61,849 bases of DNA, from the NCBI RefSeq assembly GCF_013044125.1, contig NZ_JABEVC010000220.1, positions 1-61,849 on the forward strand, written 5' to 3'. Below the pieces are notes generated by a model, which saw only the letters and a list, made by a program, of their open reading frames with translations, did not search any database and was not told the DNA's origin. Origin of the DNA: Acidocella sp. Lineage in GTDB: Bacteria; Pseudomonadota; Alphaproteobacteria; Acetobacterales; Acetobacteraceae. Made by a program: the position numbers and the translations under genes. Positions 31,347 to 41,194 of the stretch are shown piece after piece. Positions within the stretch are counted from its first letter, which is position 1. Every line of letters starts with the position of its first letter.

Positions 31347-32653
31347 ACCAGGAGGGAGAGCGGCGCTTCGACACGCGCCTTGAAATCAGCCAGGAACCGG
31401 GCGCCAAGCGCGCCGTCGATGGCGCGGTGGTCACAGGAGAGCGTGACCGAGAGTACCGTCACAAAACCAACGCCGCCATCCTTGGTCTCGCGCGCCTCGC
31501 GCCGGGTGGCGCCCACCGCGAGGATGCCGCCCTGCGGCGGGTTGATGATCGCCTCGAACTGACGCACGCCGAACATGCCGAGGTTTGAAACCGTGAAGGT
31601 GCCGCCTTGCAAATTTTCCGCCTGTAGGCCGCGCCCCCGGGCCTTCGCCGCCAGATCGCGCGCGCCGGCCGCGAGAGCGGAGAGCGAGAGCTGCGCCGCA
31701 TCACGGATGACCGGCACCAGCAGGCCGCCCTCGATGGAAACGGCGACGCCCAGATCCACCCGCGCGAAACGGCGGATGCCCTCAGGCGTGAAATGCACAT
31801 TCATATCCGGACAGGCGGTCAGGCTTTTCGCGGTGGCGCACAGCAAAAAATCATTAACCGAGAATTTTGCAGCACTTGCCGGCGCGTTCACCTCGGCGCG
31901 CAGCGCAAGCAACCGGTCCATCTCCACATCCATCGTCAGGTAGAAATGCGGGATCGTTTGCTTGGCCGCCTGCAACGTGCTGGCAATGGCGCGGCGCATG
32001 CCGCTCAGGGGCAGCAGCTCATCGCGCTGGGCCGCAGCACCAACCTTGGGCGATACGGGCGCGGCGGCATTTGCGCCGGGCTCTATATCCTCCCAGGTGA
32101 TGCGCCCCTGACGGCCGGTGCCGGTGATGCCCGCCAGGGAAATGCCCAGCGCGGCGGCGCGCTGCAAGGCCCTCGGCGTGGCGCGGGGCGGCTGCGCCGC
32201 GGCCTGCACATCAGCCAGGCGAATCCGCGCGCCCTCCGGCGTGAGCCCTGCCAGGTCCACGCCAAGCTCAACCGCCGCCCGCTTGGCAAGCGGCGTCGCC
32301 TTGGGGGCTGCGGGCTCTTGCGCGGCCACCTGCGGCACAGGTGCCGCCTCCTGCAACGCGGCGCCGGTTTTCTGCGCAATGAAGGTGTCAACTTCCGCGG
32401 CGTTCACGCCCGCCGGTGCAATCACCGCCAGCAACGCGCCCACAGGGTAAATCTCGCCGGCCTTGCCGAGCAGACGCGCCACAACACCATCGTCCTCACA
32501 CTCAAGCGTGTTGACGATTTTGGCGGTCTCGATATCGGCGAGCTCAACGCCCTTGGCCACGGCAGCGCCTTCGGCCACATGCCATGCGGCAAGCTGACCC
32601 TCGGTCATTTCCAGTCCCCACTTGGGCATGGTCACGGCAAATATTTGCGGCAT
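31343..32653 (-). CDS. acoC: Dihydrolipoamide acyltransferase E2 (AcoC-like)
   Basis: MPKWGLEMTEG lipoyl domain (ETAKI), two E3-binding-like repeats, DHRAIDG. Confidence 0.85.
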   Translation of the reverse strand: MPQIFAVTMPKWGLEMTEGQLAAWHVAEGAAVAKGVELADIETAKIVNTLECEDDGVVARLLGKAGEIYPVGALLAVIAPAGVNAAEVDTFIAQKTGAALQEAAPVPQVAAQEPAAPKATPLAKRAAVELGVDLAGLTPEGARIRLADVQAAAQPPRATPRALQRAAALGISLAGITGTGRQGRITWEDIEPGANAAAPVSPKVGAAAQRDELLPLSGMRRAIASTLQAAKQTIPHFYLTMDVEMDRLLALRAEVNAPASAAKFSVNDFLLCATAKSLTACPDMNVHFTPEGIRRFARVDLGVAVSIEGGLLVPVIRDAAQLSLSALAAGARDLAAKARGRGLQAENLQGGTFTVSNLGMFGVRQFEAIINPPQGGILAVGATRREARETKDGGVGFVTVLSVTLSCDHRAIDGALGARFLADFKARVEAPLSLLV

Positions 32654-32665
32654 ATCTTCCCCCTC

Positions 32666-33679
32666 CTAGCGGCTGGCCATGGTGGCGCGCGCGGCCTGGA
32701 CGATTTTTTCCGGCGACGGAATATAAAGGTTCTCAAGATCCGCCGCGAACGGTACCGGCGTATGCGGCGCGGTGACCTGGCGCACCGGCGCCTTGAGATA
32801 ACCAAAGGCACGCTCTGCTACCATCGCGGCAACATCAGCGGCAAGCGAGCAGCGCGGCGGTGATTCGTCAACCACCACAAGCCGCCCGGTGGCGCGCACG
32901 CTCTCCAGGATCATATCCTCATCCAGCGGCGAGGTCGTGCGCGGATCGATCACATCGCAATGGATGCCCTCAGCCGCCAGCGTCTCCGCCGCCGCGCGCG
33001 CGAAGTTCACCATGCGGGCAAAGGCCACAATGGTCACATCATCGCCCGCGCGCACCAGCGCCGCCTCGCCGAAGGGCAGCGCATAAGGCTCATCAGGCAC
33101 CTCGCAGGATTCGCCATAAAGCATCTTATGCTCAAGGAAGATCACCGGATCATCGTCGCGGATCGCGGCGATCATCAGCCCCTTGGCGTCATAGGCGTTC
33201 GAAGGGGTCACCACCTTGATTCCCGGAATCGCCGTAAAGAGGGGATAGAGCGTCTGGGAATGTTGCGCCGCCGCGCCCATACCGGCCCCCATGGTCATGC
33301 GGATGACCAGCGGCGCCTTCGCGTTCGGCCCGAACATGTAACGGAATTTCGCGGCCTGATTCAGAATCTGATCGAAACAGACGCCGACGAAATCAGCGAA
33401 CATGATCTCCGCGACAGGACGCAGCCCCGCCAGCGCCGCGCCGTTGGCTGCGCCGATGATGGCGGATTCCGAAATCGGCGTGTCGATCACCCGCGCCTCG
33501 CCAAAACGCGGCAGCAGCCCCTTGGTGAGGCCAAACACACCACCCGCCGCCTCGCGCTGGCCAGACGTTCCGCCCGCCCCGCCGGAGACATCCTCCCCCA
33601 GCACGATCACCCGTGGATCGCGCGCCATCTCCTGGTGCAGCGCTTCATTGATAGCCTCTCGCATTGTCTTGACCGGCAT
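32666..33679 (-). CDS. acoB: TPP-dependent acetoin/2-oxoacid dehydrogenase E1 beta
   Basis: DTPISES, AAQHSQ, DPRTTSPLD, APHTPVPF. Confidence 0.88.
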   Translation of the reverse strand: MPVKTMREAINEALHQEMARDPRVIVLGEDVSGGAGGTSGQREAAGGVFGLTKGLLPRFGEARVIDTPISESAIIGAANGAALAGLRPVAEIMFADFVGVCFDQILNQAAKFRYMFGPNAKAPLVIRMTMGAGMGAAAQHSQTLYPLFTAIPGIKVVTPSNAYDAKGLMIAAIRDDDPVIFLEHKMLYGESCEVPDEPYALPFGEAALVRAGDDVTIVAFARMVNFARAAAETLAAEGIHCDVIDPRTTSPLDEDMILESVRATGRLVVVDESPPRCSLAADVAAMVAERAFGYLKAPVRQVTAPHTPVPFAADLENLYIPSPEKIVQAARATMASR

Positions 33680-33690
33680 TGACGATCTCC

Positions 33691-34659
33691 TCAGTAGCTG
33701 GCGTAAACGTTGGTCAGCAGTTCGGCCGGGGCATGCCCGCGCCCCGCTTTCGCCGCCGTCACTGAATGATCGACCAGCGCCCTGATTTCGATCTCGATTC
33801 CGTCCAGATCATCCACCGCCAGAAGCCCGGCCTGCGTCACGCGGCGGCGGAAATTTTGCAGGCAGTCGTTTCCGGCACGCAGCCGCTCCACCTCGCCCGG
33901 CGCGCGGTAGAGCATCGGGTCGCCCTCAAAATGCCCGTAATAACGTGTTGTTTGCGCGTAAACGGCCGTGGGTCCGCCGCCGTTGCGTGAAATTTCGAGC
34001 GCCTGGCGTACCGCGTCATGCACCGAGAAGAAATCAAATCCATCTGCTTCAAACACGGGAATTCCAAAACTACGGATGCGCTGCACCGGATCCTTCGCGC
34101 CGGTTGAGTAACTGCCGCCGGTGTGCTCCGAATAGCCATTCATTTCGAACACAAATACTTTTGGCACCTGGAGCACAACCGCAAGGTTCATCGCCTCGAA
34201 CACCGTGCCCTGGTTGGCCGCGCCATCCCCGGTGAAAGAGGCGGCCACGGAACCATCGCCGCGCATCTTGCAGGCAATCGCCGCGCCAACCGCAATCGGC
34301 TGCCCGCCGCCGACGATGCCATTGGCGCCAAGCATGCCCTTGGTCACGTCCGCAATGTGCATCGAGCCGCCCTTGCCGTTGCAAAGTCCCTCGGCGCGGC
34401 CATAAATTTCCAGCATCATGGCCGGAATGTCGCAGCCCTTGGCAATGCAGTGGCCATGGCCGCGATGGGTGCTGATGATATAATCACGCTCGGTCAATTG
34501 TTCGCACAAACCCGCCGCAACCGCTTCCTGCCCGGCGTAAAGATGCAGAAATCCCGGGATTTCACCTTTGGGATTTTCGATGTGCAGACGCTCCTCGAAC
34601 TCCCGGATCTTCACCATGCTGCGAAAAGCCTGGAGCAATTGTTCACGGCTTAGCTGCAT
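33691..34659 (-). CDS. acoA: TPP-dependent acetoin/2-oxoacid dehydrogenase E1 alpha
   Basis: HLYAGQEA, STHRGHGHCIAKG, GDGAANQG TPP motif, GHFEGDP. Confidence 0.88.
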   Translation of the reverse strand: MQLSREQLLQAFRSMVKIREFEERLHIENPKGEIPGFLHLYAGQEAVAAGLCEQLTERDYIISTHRGHGHCIAKGCDIPAMMLEIYGRAEGLCNGKGGSMHIADVTKGMLGANGIVGGGQPIAVGAAIACKMRGDGSVAASFTGDGAANQGTVFEAMNLAVVLQVPKVFVFEMNGYSEHTGGSYSTGAKDPVQRIRSFGIPVFEADGFDFFSVHDAVRQALEISRNGGGPTAVYAQTTRYYGHFEGDPMLYRAPGEVERLRAGNDCLQNFRRRVTQAGLLAVDDLDGIEIEIRALVDHSVTAAKAGRGHAPAELLTNVYASY

Positions 34660-35035
34660 GTGCATCCCGCCCCGCCGGCCACAACCAGCTGCTCGATTCT
34701 AGCTGTCATTCTGTTCGCTCCCTCACACGCGCCCGCATATTTGTTTTGGCGCAGGCGGTACTGTATCGTTAGCCACGTTTTAATATACAAAAATGTAGTT
34801 GTACATATATAAAAATGGCCAAGCTTTGTATGGGCGCAAAAAATCTGTGTGCAAACGGCCCAGATACACCCCGGCGGAACGGCATGCCGCCGCGGCCGGC
34901 GCGCAACCGGCCAAGCACAAGGTTTATCGGTACAAAAAGGGGTCCGGCGGATTTATCCGTGCCACGGGCAGGGGGTTACCCATATGGGCGGCATCTCCCC
35001 CGGCGCGCGGCGCCTGCAACGACTGGCTGAAAGCC

Positions 35036-35740
35036 TCAGGCCGCAGGTTTTGGCATGCGAACGGGCGAGGGCCGCATGGCGGCAACGGGCGAGGGCTCGG
35101 AGTGCAGCAGATACTCGGCGAGCACATCGCCATGGATGGTGGCGTGCTGGCGCAGCAACTCGTAGGCGAGATCACCGTCCTGGCGTTCGAACGCGCCCAT
35201 CAGGGTGCAATGGTCGTGGTAATCCTGCTCGGCTTTTCCAGGATAGAACAGATGCGTGCGAAAATAACCGAGCAAGCGCAGACCGTAATTATGCGTTGTA
35301 TCAAACATATAATTATTACGGGCGAGGCGCATGATGAACACATGAAAATCAGTGTTCATATCGGCATAGGCGTGAATATCGCCCTTGCCGAGCAGGGATT
35401 CCATCATTTTATGCATGGCGCGCAGTTCACGCAGATTATCAGGCGTCATGCGCCGCGCCGCGTATTTGCCGCAAATTCCTGAAAGTTCAGCCGTGAACTC
35501 GAACATCTGCACCATCTCGCGCAGCCCGAGGCTGGGCACGAAAGCGCCCTGGCGCGGCCGTTTTTCCAAAAGCCCATCCTGCACCATCTGCAGCACCGCC
35601 TCGCGCACCGGCGTGCGCGAAACTTCAAGCCGGGTGGCCACGCTATCCTCGTCAACCCGCGATCCCGGCGGCAGCTGGCCGCTGGCCATCTCGTTCTCAA
35701 GTATTTCACGGACTCGCTGGGCTTGGGTCTTGCGGCTCAC
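35036..35740 (-). CDS. GntR-family (FadR/FCD) regulator
   Basis: VSRTPVREA wHTH; FCD His residues (FH, DH, H). Confidence 0.9.
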   Translation of the reverse strand: MSRKTQAQRVREILENEMASGQLPPGSRVDEDSVATRLEVSRTPVREAVLQMVQDGLLEKRPRQGAFVPSLGLREMVQMFEFTAELSGICGKYAARRMTPDNLRELRAMHKMMESLLGKGDIHAYADMNTDFHVFIMRLARNNYMFDTTHNYGLRLLGYFRTHLFYPGKAEQDYHDHCTLMGAFERQDGDLAYELLRQHATIHGDVLAEYLLHSEPSPVAAMRPSPVRMPKPAA

Positions 35741-35829
35741 GGCTGGTTGTCACTCCTGGGTTGGTCACGCGGTTCACAATCTGGCTACACCCCGCGCCCC
35801 CGCTTGTCATCGGTTTATTTCATACCTCC

Positions 35830-35871
35830 AAAAAAATACATATAACCCCGGTTTTTCCGGGATTATATGTA
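35830..35871 (-). terminator. Intrinsic terminator after Rieske oxygenase 1
   Basis: TACATATAAcCCCGG-ttttt-CCGGGaTTATATGTA followed by T7 on the minus strand. Confidence 0.6.
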
Positions 35872-35892
35872 ACTTGCGATATATTTAAGCGC

Positions 35893-37275
35893 TTAGCCAA
35901 GATACTTGTCCAGCGTCCGGGCGAAATGGCGCACGCGGCTTTCCTGATAATCCCCCAGCTCCAATTTGCGGTTCTTGGAGGCCTTCATGCCTTCCTGCAC
36001 GAAAGGCAGGTTGAACATATCCTGGTCGAAAATAAACCCAAGCCGGCCAAGCTCGGGCGCATCGGCCCAGGCTTCATGCTCGCCCAGCAAGTGCATGGGC
36101 ACGGCGCGCGCGGGTTTTTCTCCGGCCGGCGCGCGGCTGAGAATACGCACCTCCATCAGGCAACGCTCATGGTCCGGCCAGGGGCGCCAGCGATATACGA
36201 TATTGAGCGAACGCCCGCCCCAGGGCGAGAAATTGGGGAATACGTTGTAGGTAAAGAGATCAACCATCTCCGTATCGGATACGCCGGAGAGATCATACCC
36301 CAGCTCCGTTCCGTAATGCTGGCGATTATATTCCGCCATGGCCTGCCGCGCGGTCTGGCCAGGCTTTACGATCACCCGCTCATAGCCTGACATCTTATCA
36401 AGCCCGGTGCGCTCGGCGGCGATATCTGCAATCTGCTGCTCGGTGAGCGTGCCCGCTGGAATATGCGGCGAATTGGTGATGTAGGGCGTCAGCGCGACAT
36501 TCACGTTGTCGCCATAGATGTTATATTTGGTGTTGGCGTCGCCCAGATAATCCATCAACTGCGGGTGCGTCTCAATGGTATGCCACGCCTCCATGAAGGC
36601 CTCCGCCGTGGTCTTCCAGTTCGCATCAACAACTTTCGCAACCCAGATGGAGGTCCAGCATTGCTCCAGATGCCAATCCTTGAAATGCGCGGGCAGCGGC
36701 GCGAGATATTCCTCGATGCTTGGCCCCTCCTTGGCCTCGCGGATGAAAATGAACCCCTGCCAGCGCGCCACCGTGGCCTCCGGCAGCTGCATCTTCTCAT
36801 CCGTCAGATGCGGAAAATCCCACCGGCACGGAATATCCTTCAGACTGCCGTCGATCTCCCAGGTAAAAGCGTGAAACGGACATTTGAAATCCGCCGCGCA
36901 GCCGTCCTCGGTGCGCAACTTGCGGCCCCGGTGCAGGCATACATTATAAAACGCCCGCACGCCGCCATCCTGCTGGCGCGTCACCAGATAAGAGCGCCCG
37001 GCGTTCTCATACACCACATAATCGCCGGGATCAGGCAGCTCTTCCTCGCGGGCGGCGAACTGCCACACCTGCGGCCACATCTTCTCGCACTCGGCGCGGA
37101 AAACATCCGGGCTGATATAACGCTCCACATCCAGCGGCTCGGAGCCGAGATAGACATAATCATCGCGTTTCAAAAACTCCGGCGCGCCGCGCGTGTCGCT
37201 GGCCATCAGGTCATCCCAGGAAATACCGGGGCAACGTGCCACCATGGGCGGCGGAGAAACGGTATCATCAGGCAC
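35893..37275 (-). CDS. Rieske non-heme iron oxygenase alpha subunit (1)
   Basis: CLHRG...CPFH Rieske motif; EAWHTIETH...QD mononuclear Fe ligands; GTG with AAGGA RBS. Confidence 0.9.
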   Translation of the reverse strand: MPDDTVSPPPMVARCPGISWDDLMASDTRGAPEFLKRDDYVYLGSEPLDVERYISPDVFRAECEKMWPQVWQFAAREEELPDPGDYVVYENAGRSYLVTRQQDGGVRAFYNVCLHRGRKLRTEDGCAADFKCPFHAFTWEIDGSLKDIPCRWDFPHLTDEKMQLPEATVARWQGFIFIREAKEGPSIEEYLAPLPAHFKDWHLEQCWTSIWVAKVVDANWKTTAEAFMEAWHTIETHPQLMDYLGDANTKYNIYGDNVNVALTPYITNSPHIPAGTLTEQQIADIAAERTGLDKMSGYERVIVKPGQTARQAMAEYNRQHYGTELGYDLSGVSDTEMVDLFTYNVFPNFSPWGGRSLNIVYRWRPWPDHERCLMEVRILSRAPAGEKPARAVPMHLLGEHEAWADAPELGRLGFIFDQDMFNLPFVQEGMKASKNRKLELGDYQESRVRHFARTLDKYLG

Positions 37276-37575
37276 GGGCGTTCCTTTCAATATTTTTTAT
37301 GTTGCTTCAGATTACACATATAATAGAGTTTTGTATATAATTTTCAAATCAACTACCGAGATAATGCGCCCCCGCCTGCGCGAAATACCGGATTCGAACT
37401 CCCGGATCTCTCCCCAAACTCTATTTCGCAGATTTTGCCGGCCGCGCCCCAAGCTGCCCCTGCGTATCCCGCTCCAACAAACCGGCGGCAGGCTGGCCCG
37501 GATTCGCGATTTTCATCAACATGGGTCAAGATGTTTCTTCCGTTTTCGCCCCGGCGATGCCGCCGGCATTTTTAT

Positions 37576-37628
37576 TTGACGATTTACACGCAGATAAATA
37601 TAATACTAAAAGTCTTTTGTATACAAAA
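37576..37628 (+). promoter_or_regulatory. Sigma70 promoter plus perfect GntR-type palindrome
   Basis: TTGACG(37576)-N17-TATAAT(37599); TTTTGTATACAAAA at 37615-37628. Confidence 0.75.
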
Positions 37629-37672
37629 AATACGCCAACCACCGGCGCACAAAGGAAGGAACACCGTCCAAG

Positions 37673-38848
37673 ATGAGCCTTATCCAAGCTTATGGGAACG
37701 CGGCGGAGGCAATGATCTCCTACGTTGACAACCACACCACCGATCTTGCCGATGGCGTGATGCCCGTGCCTGTGAAAAACTACACCGACCCCGAGATTTT
37801 CGAGCGGGAGCTCGACCTCATCTTCAAGCGGCTGCCGCTGCTTGCCGCGCTCACCATCGAGATGCCCAAGCCCGGCGATTTCAAGACGCTTACCATGGTC
37901 GGCAAGCCCGTGCTCCTCACCCGCGGGAAGGATGGCGTGGCGCGCGCGTTCCTGAATGTCTGCGCCCATCGCGGCAACAAGCTGGCTATGGAAAAATCCG
38001 GCAACTGCAGCCGTTTCTCCTGCGCCTACCATGCCTGGACCTATTCAAACGACGGGCGGCTGCTCGGCATCGCCGAGCGCGCCAAATTCGGCGAGGTTGA
38101 TGCCAGCACCCTCAACCTTACCGCCCTGCCCTGCCAGGAAGCGGCCGGGCTCATCTTCGTGGCCCTCACCCCTGGGGTGGAGATGGACATGACCTCCTTC
38201 CTGGGCGGCATGCTCGAGGATCTCGAAGGGCAGAAGTTCAAGGATTGGTATTACGTCGGGTCCAAGGAGATCCACGGCGCCAACTGGAAGATCGCCTACG
38301 ACGGCTATCTGGAGGGGTATCACTTCTCCGCCGCCCACCCCAAGACCATCGCGCCCCGCTCCTACACCAACATCATGCATTTTGATGTTTTCGGCCCCCA
38401 TATGCGCGTCGGCTACCCGACCTTCAGCATCGGCAAGCTGAAGGATCTGCCGCGCGAGGAATGGGGTCAACATGAAAACGACGGTTATGATTTCGTGCGC
38501 ACGCTCTTCCCCAATGTGTCTATTTTCGTGGCGCCGGAGCTGACGCAGATCGCCCAACTCCTGCCCGGCCCCACCGCCGGCGAGAATCGGACGGTGCTGC
38601 ATTATCTGGCCAAGATTCCGCCAAAGAACGAGGAAGAAGAAGCGCGCCTGCAGAGCTTCAGCCAGTTCATCTGCGATGTGGTGAACGAGGAAGATTACAT
38701 GCTGGGCTTGAGAGTGCAGGAGGGCCTGGCCTCCGGCGCGCTCGAGCATGTCGTGTTCGGCCGCAACGAGCGCGGCAATCAGGTGTTCCATAAATGGGTC
38801 GACTACTACCTCGCCAACAACCCCGCCGCGCCGCGCCCCAACCCTTAA
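37673..38848 (+). CDS. Rieske non-heme iron oxygenase alpha subunit (2)
   Basis: CAHRG...CAYH; EGYHFSAAH...ED. Confidence 0.9.
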   Translation: MSLIQAYGNAAEAMISYVDNHTTDLADGVMPVPVKNYTDPEIFERELDLIFKRLPLLAALTIEMPKPGDFKTLTMVGKPVLLTRGKDGVARAFLNVCAHRGNKLAMEKSGNCSRFSCAYHAWTYSNDGRLLGIAERAKFGEVDASTLNLTALPCQEAAGLIFVALTPGVEMDMTSFLGGMLEDLEGQKFKDWYYVGSKEIHGANWKIAYDGYLEGYHFSAAHPKTIAPRSYTNIMHFDVFGPHMRVGYPTFSIGKLKDLPREEWGQHENDGYDFVRTLFPNVSIFVAPELTQIAQLLPGPTAGENRTVLHYLAKIPPKNEEEEARLQSFSQFICDVVNEEDYMLGLRVQEGLASGALEHVVFGRNERGNQVFHKWVDYYLANNPAAPRPNP

Positions 38849-38922
38849 GGCGGCCGCACCCGGCCCGGCGCGCCATCCGCGCATATTCAATCAAGCAAGC
38901 AAAACAAAAAAGGATTTTCATA

Positions 38923-39642
38923 ATGGGGAGACTTGACGGCAAGGTGGCGCTCATCACTGGCGCGGCCGGCGGCATCGGCGCCGCCACGGCGAAGCTCTTC
39001 GCCAGCCAGGGCGCACAGCTCGTTCTGGCGGATGTAGCCCCCCTCGCCGCCGCGCCCGGCGTCCTCACACTCCAGCTTGATGTGACCGATGAGGCAGGCT
39101 GGAGCACGGCGGTGGAGCAGGCCATCAAGCGTTTCGGGCGGTTGGATGTGCTGGTGAACAACGCCGGGATATTCAAAATGGCGCCGCTGGAGGAAACCAG
39201 CGTCGCCATGTTCGAGCAGACCGTGCGCATCAATCAGCTCGGCGTGTTTCTGGGCATGCGCGCGGCCGCGCCGGTGATGAAGGCGCAAGGTGCGGGCAGC
39301 ATCATCAACATCTCCTCGGTCGGCGGGCTGCTCGGTTCGCCCAACAACATCGCCTATTCCGGCACCAAATGGGCGGTGCGCGGCATGACCAAATGCGCCG
39401 CCACCGAGCTGGCCCCCTTCAAGGTGCGGGTCAACTCCATCCATCCCGGCGGGGTGGATACGCCCATGCTCACCGCCCAGATCCAGGGCGCGGCGCTGGC
39501 GGGCGTTGCCGCCGGCACGCCGCTCGGCCGTCTTGCCACGGCCGATGACGTCGCCGCCATGGCGCTGTTCCTCGCCTCGGATGACAGCAGCTATTCAACA
39601 GGCTCGGAGTTTGTTTGCGACGGCGGTATGTCCATGGCCTGA
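38923..39642 (+). CDS. SDR, 3alpha,20beta-hydroxysteroid dehydrogenase-like
   Basis: TGAAGGIG, NNAG, YSGTKWAVRGMTK, NSIHPG. Confidence 0.88.
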   Translation: MGRLDGKVALITGAAGGIGAATAKLFASQGAQLVLADVAPLAAAPGVLTLQLDVTDEAGWSTAVEQAIKRFGRLDVLVNNAGIFKMAPLEETSVAMFEQTVRINQLGVFLGMRAAAPVMKAQGAGSIINISSVGGLLGSPNNIAYSGTKWAVRGMTKCAATELAPFKVRVNSIHPGGVDTPMLTAQIQGAALAGVAAGTPLGRLATADDVAAMALFLASDDSSYSTGSEFVCDGGMSMA

Positions 39643-39675
39643 ACGGCCCAATATAAAATGAAAATGGGGGGATGA

Positions 39676-40425
39676 ATGACGATGCTGACTGGAAAAGTGG
39701 CGCTGGTGACCGGCTCGGGCGCGGGAATTGGCCGGGCCATCGCGGAGAGCTACGCGCGCGAGGGCGCCCGGCTGGTGATCTCGGATGTGAATGCGGCCCT
39801 GGGCGCCGGGACCGTGGCGGCAATCGAGGCTGCAGGCGGACAGGCCGTGTTCGTGAAGGCTGACGTCGCGGAAGCGGCGGGGCATGTGGCGCTGGTCGCC
39901 GCGGCGCATCAGCATTTCGGCGCGCTGCACATCGCCTGCAACAATGCCGGCATCGCCGGGGGCGGGCGCGCGCTCACCGAGACCACCGATGAAGACTGGG
40001 GCCGCGTCATCGCGGTCAACCTCACCGGCGTGTTCCTCGGCATGCGCGCACAGATCCCCGCCATCGCGGCCGCCGGGGGCGGGGCCATCGTCAACATCGC
40101 CAGCGTCCTCGGCAGCGTCGCCATCCCCAATTCCGCCCCTTATGTCGCCTCCAAACATGGCTGCGTCGGGCTCACCCGCGCCGCGGCGCTTGAAGCCGCC
40201 GGGCAGAAGGTGCGCGTGAATGCCGTCGGGCCGGGTTTCATCGCCACCCCCATGGCGGCCTCGCTCGATCAGGCGAGCATTGACGCCATCGCCGCCAAGC
40301 ACGCCCTGGGGCGCTGGGGCACCGCGCAGGAGATCGCCGAAGTGGCGCTGTGGCTCGCCTCCGATAAGGCAAGTTTCGTCACCGGCGCCTATTACACCGC
40401 CGACGGCGGCTACTCGGCGCAATAG
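39676..40425 (+). CDS. SDR, secondary/cyclic alcohol dehydrogenase-like
   Basis: TGSGAGIG, CNNAG, YVASKHG, NAVGPG. Confidence 0.88.
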   Translation: MTMLTGKVALVTGSGAGIGRAIAESYAREGARLVISDVNAALGAGTVAAIEAAGGQAVFVKADVAEAAGHVALVAAAHQHFGALHIACNNAGIAGGGRALTETTDEDWGRVIAVNLTGVFLGMRAQIPAIAAAGGGAIVNIASVLGSVAIPNSAPYVASKHGCVGLTRAAALEAAGQKVRVNAVGPGFIATPMAASLDQASIDAIAAKHALGRWGTAQEIAEVALWLASDKASFVTGAYYTADGGYSAQ

Positions 40426-40426
40426 C

Positions 40427-41182
40427 GTGAGCACCCTCTTCGGCCTCACCGGCAAAACAGTGCTGGTAACCGGCGCCTCCTCGGGGCTTGGCGCGCATTT
40501 CGCCACCGTTCTGGCCAAGGCGGGGGCCAGCCTCATCCTGGCGGCGCGGCGCCAGGGCGCGCTGGAGGAGACCGCCGAAGCCGCGCGCCGCCTTGGCGCC
40601 ACGGTCACCGCCCTCCCGGTGGATGTCACCTCCTCAGCCTCGGTGGCGGCACTCGCCCCGGCCATCGCGCAGGTGGACGTGCTGATCAACAACGCCGGCA
40701 TCGTGCGCAGCGCCCCCGCTCTGGCCCAAACCGAAGAGGACTGGGACACGGTGATCGACACCAACCTCAAAGGCATGTTCCTCCTCGCGCAGGCAGCGGC
40801 GCGGGCGATGAAGGCGCATGGGCGCGGGGGAGCCATCGTCAACATCGCCTCCATCCTGGGGTTGCGCCAGGCGGGCGGTGTGGCGCCCTATGCCATCTCC
40901 AAGGCAGGCGTGGTGCAGATGACCAAAACCCTCGCCCTGGAGCTGGCGCGCTACAATATCCGCGTGAACGCCCTGGCGCCGGGCTACCTGGACACCGCGC
41001 TCAACCGCGAATTCTGGGAAACCGAAACCGGCCAGGCGCTGATTAAGCGCATTCCCGCGCGCCGCCTCGGCCAACTCGCGGAGCTTGACGGGCCGCTGCT
41101 GCTACTCGCCTCCGAGGCGTCGGCCTATATGAGCGGCGCGGTGCTCGCCGTCGATGGCGGACACCTCGTCAACACGTTGTAA
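40427..41182 (+). CDS. SDR, LvaD-like oxoacyl-CoA reductase
   Basis: TGASSGLG, YAISK, LELARYNIRVNALAPGY, VDGGHL; GTG start just after previous stop. Confidence 0.85.
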   Translation: MSTLFGLTGKTVLVTGASSGLGAHFATVLAKAGASLILAARRQGALEETAEAARRLGATVTALPVDVTSSASVAALAPAIAQVDVLINNAGIVRSAPALAQTEEDWDTVIDTNLKGMFLLAQAAARAMKAHGRGGAIVNIASILGLRQAGGVAPYAISKAGVVQMTKTLALELARYNIRVNALAPGYLDTALNREFWETETGQALIKRIPARRLGQLAELDGPLLLLASEASAYMSGAVLAVDGGHLVNTL

Positions 41183-41194
41183 GGAGTTAATCGG

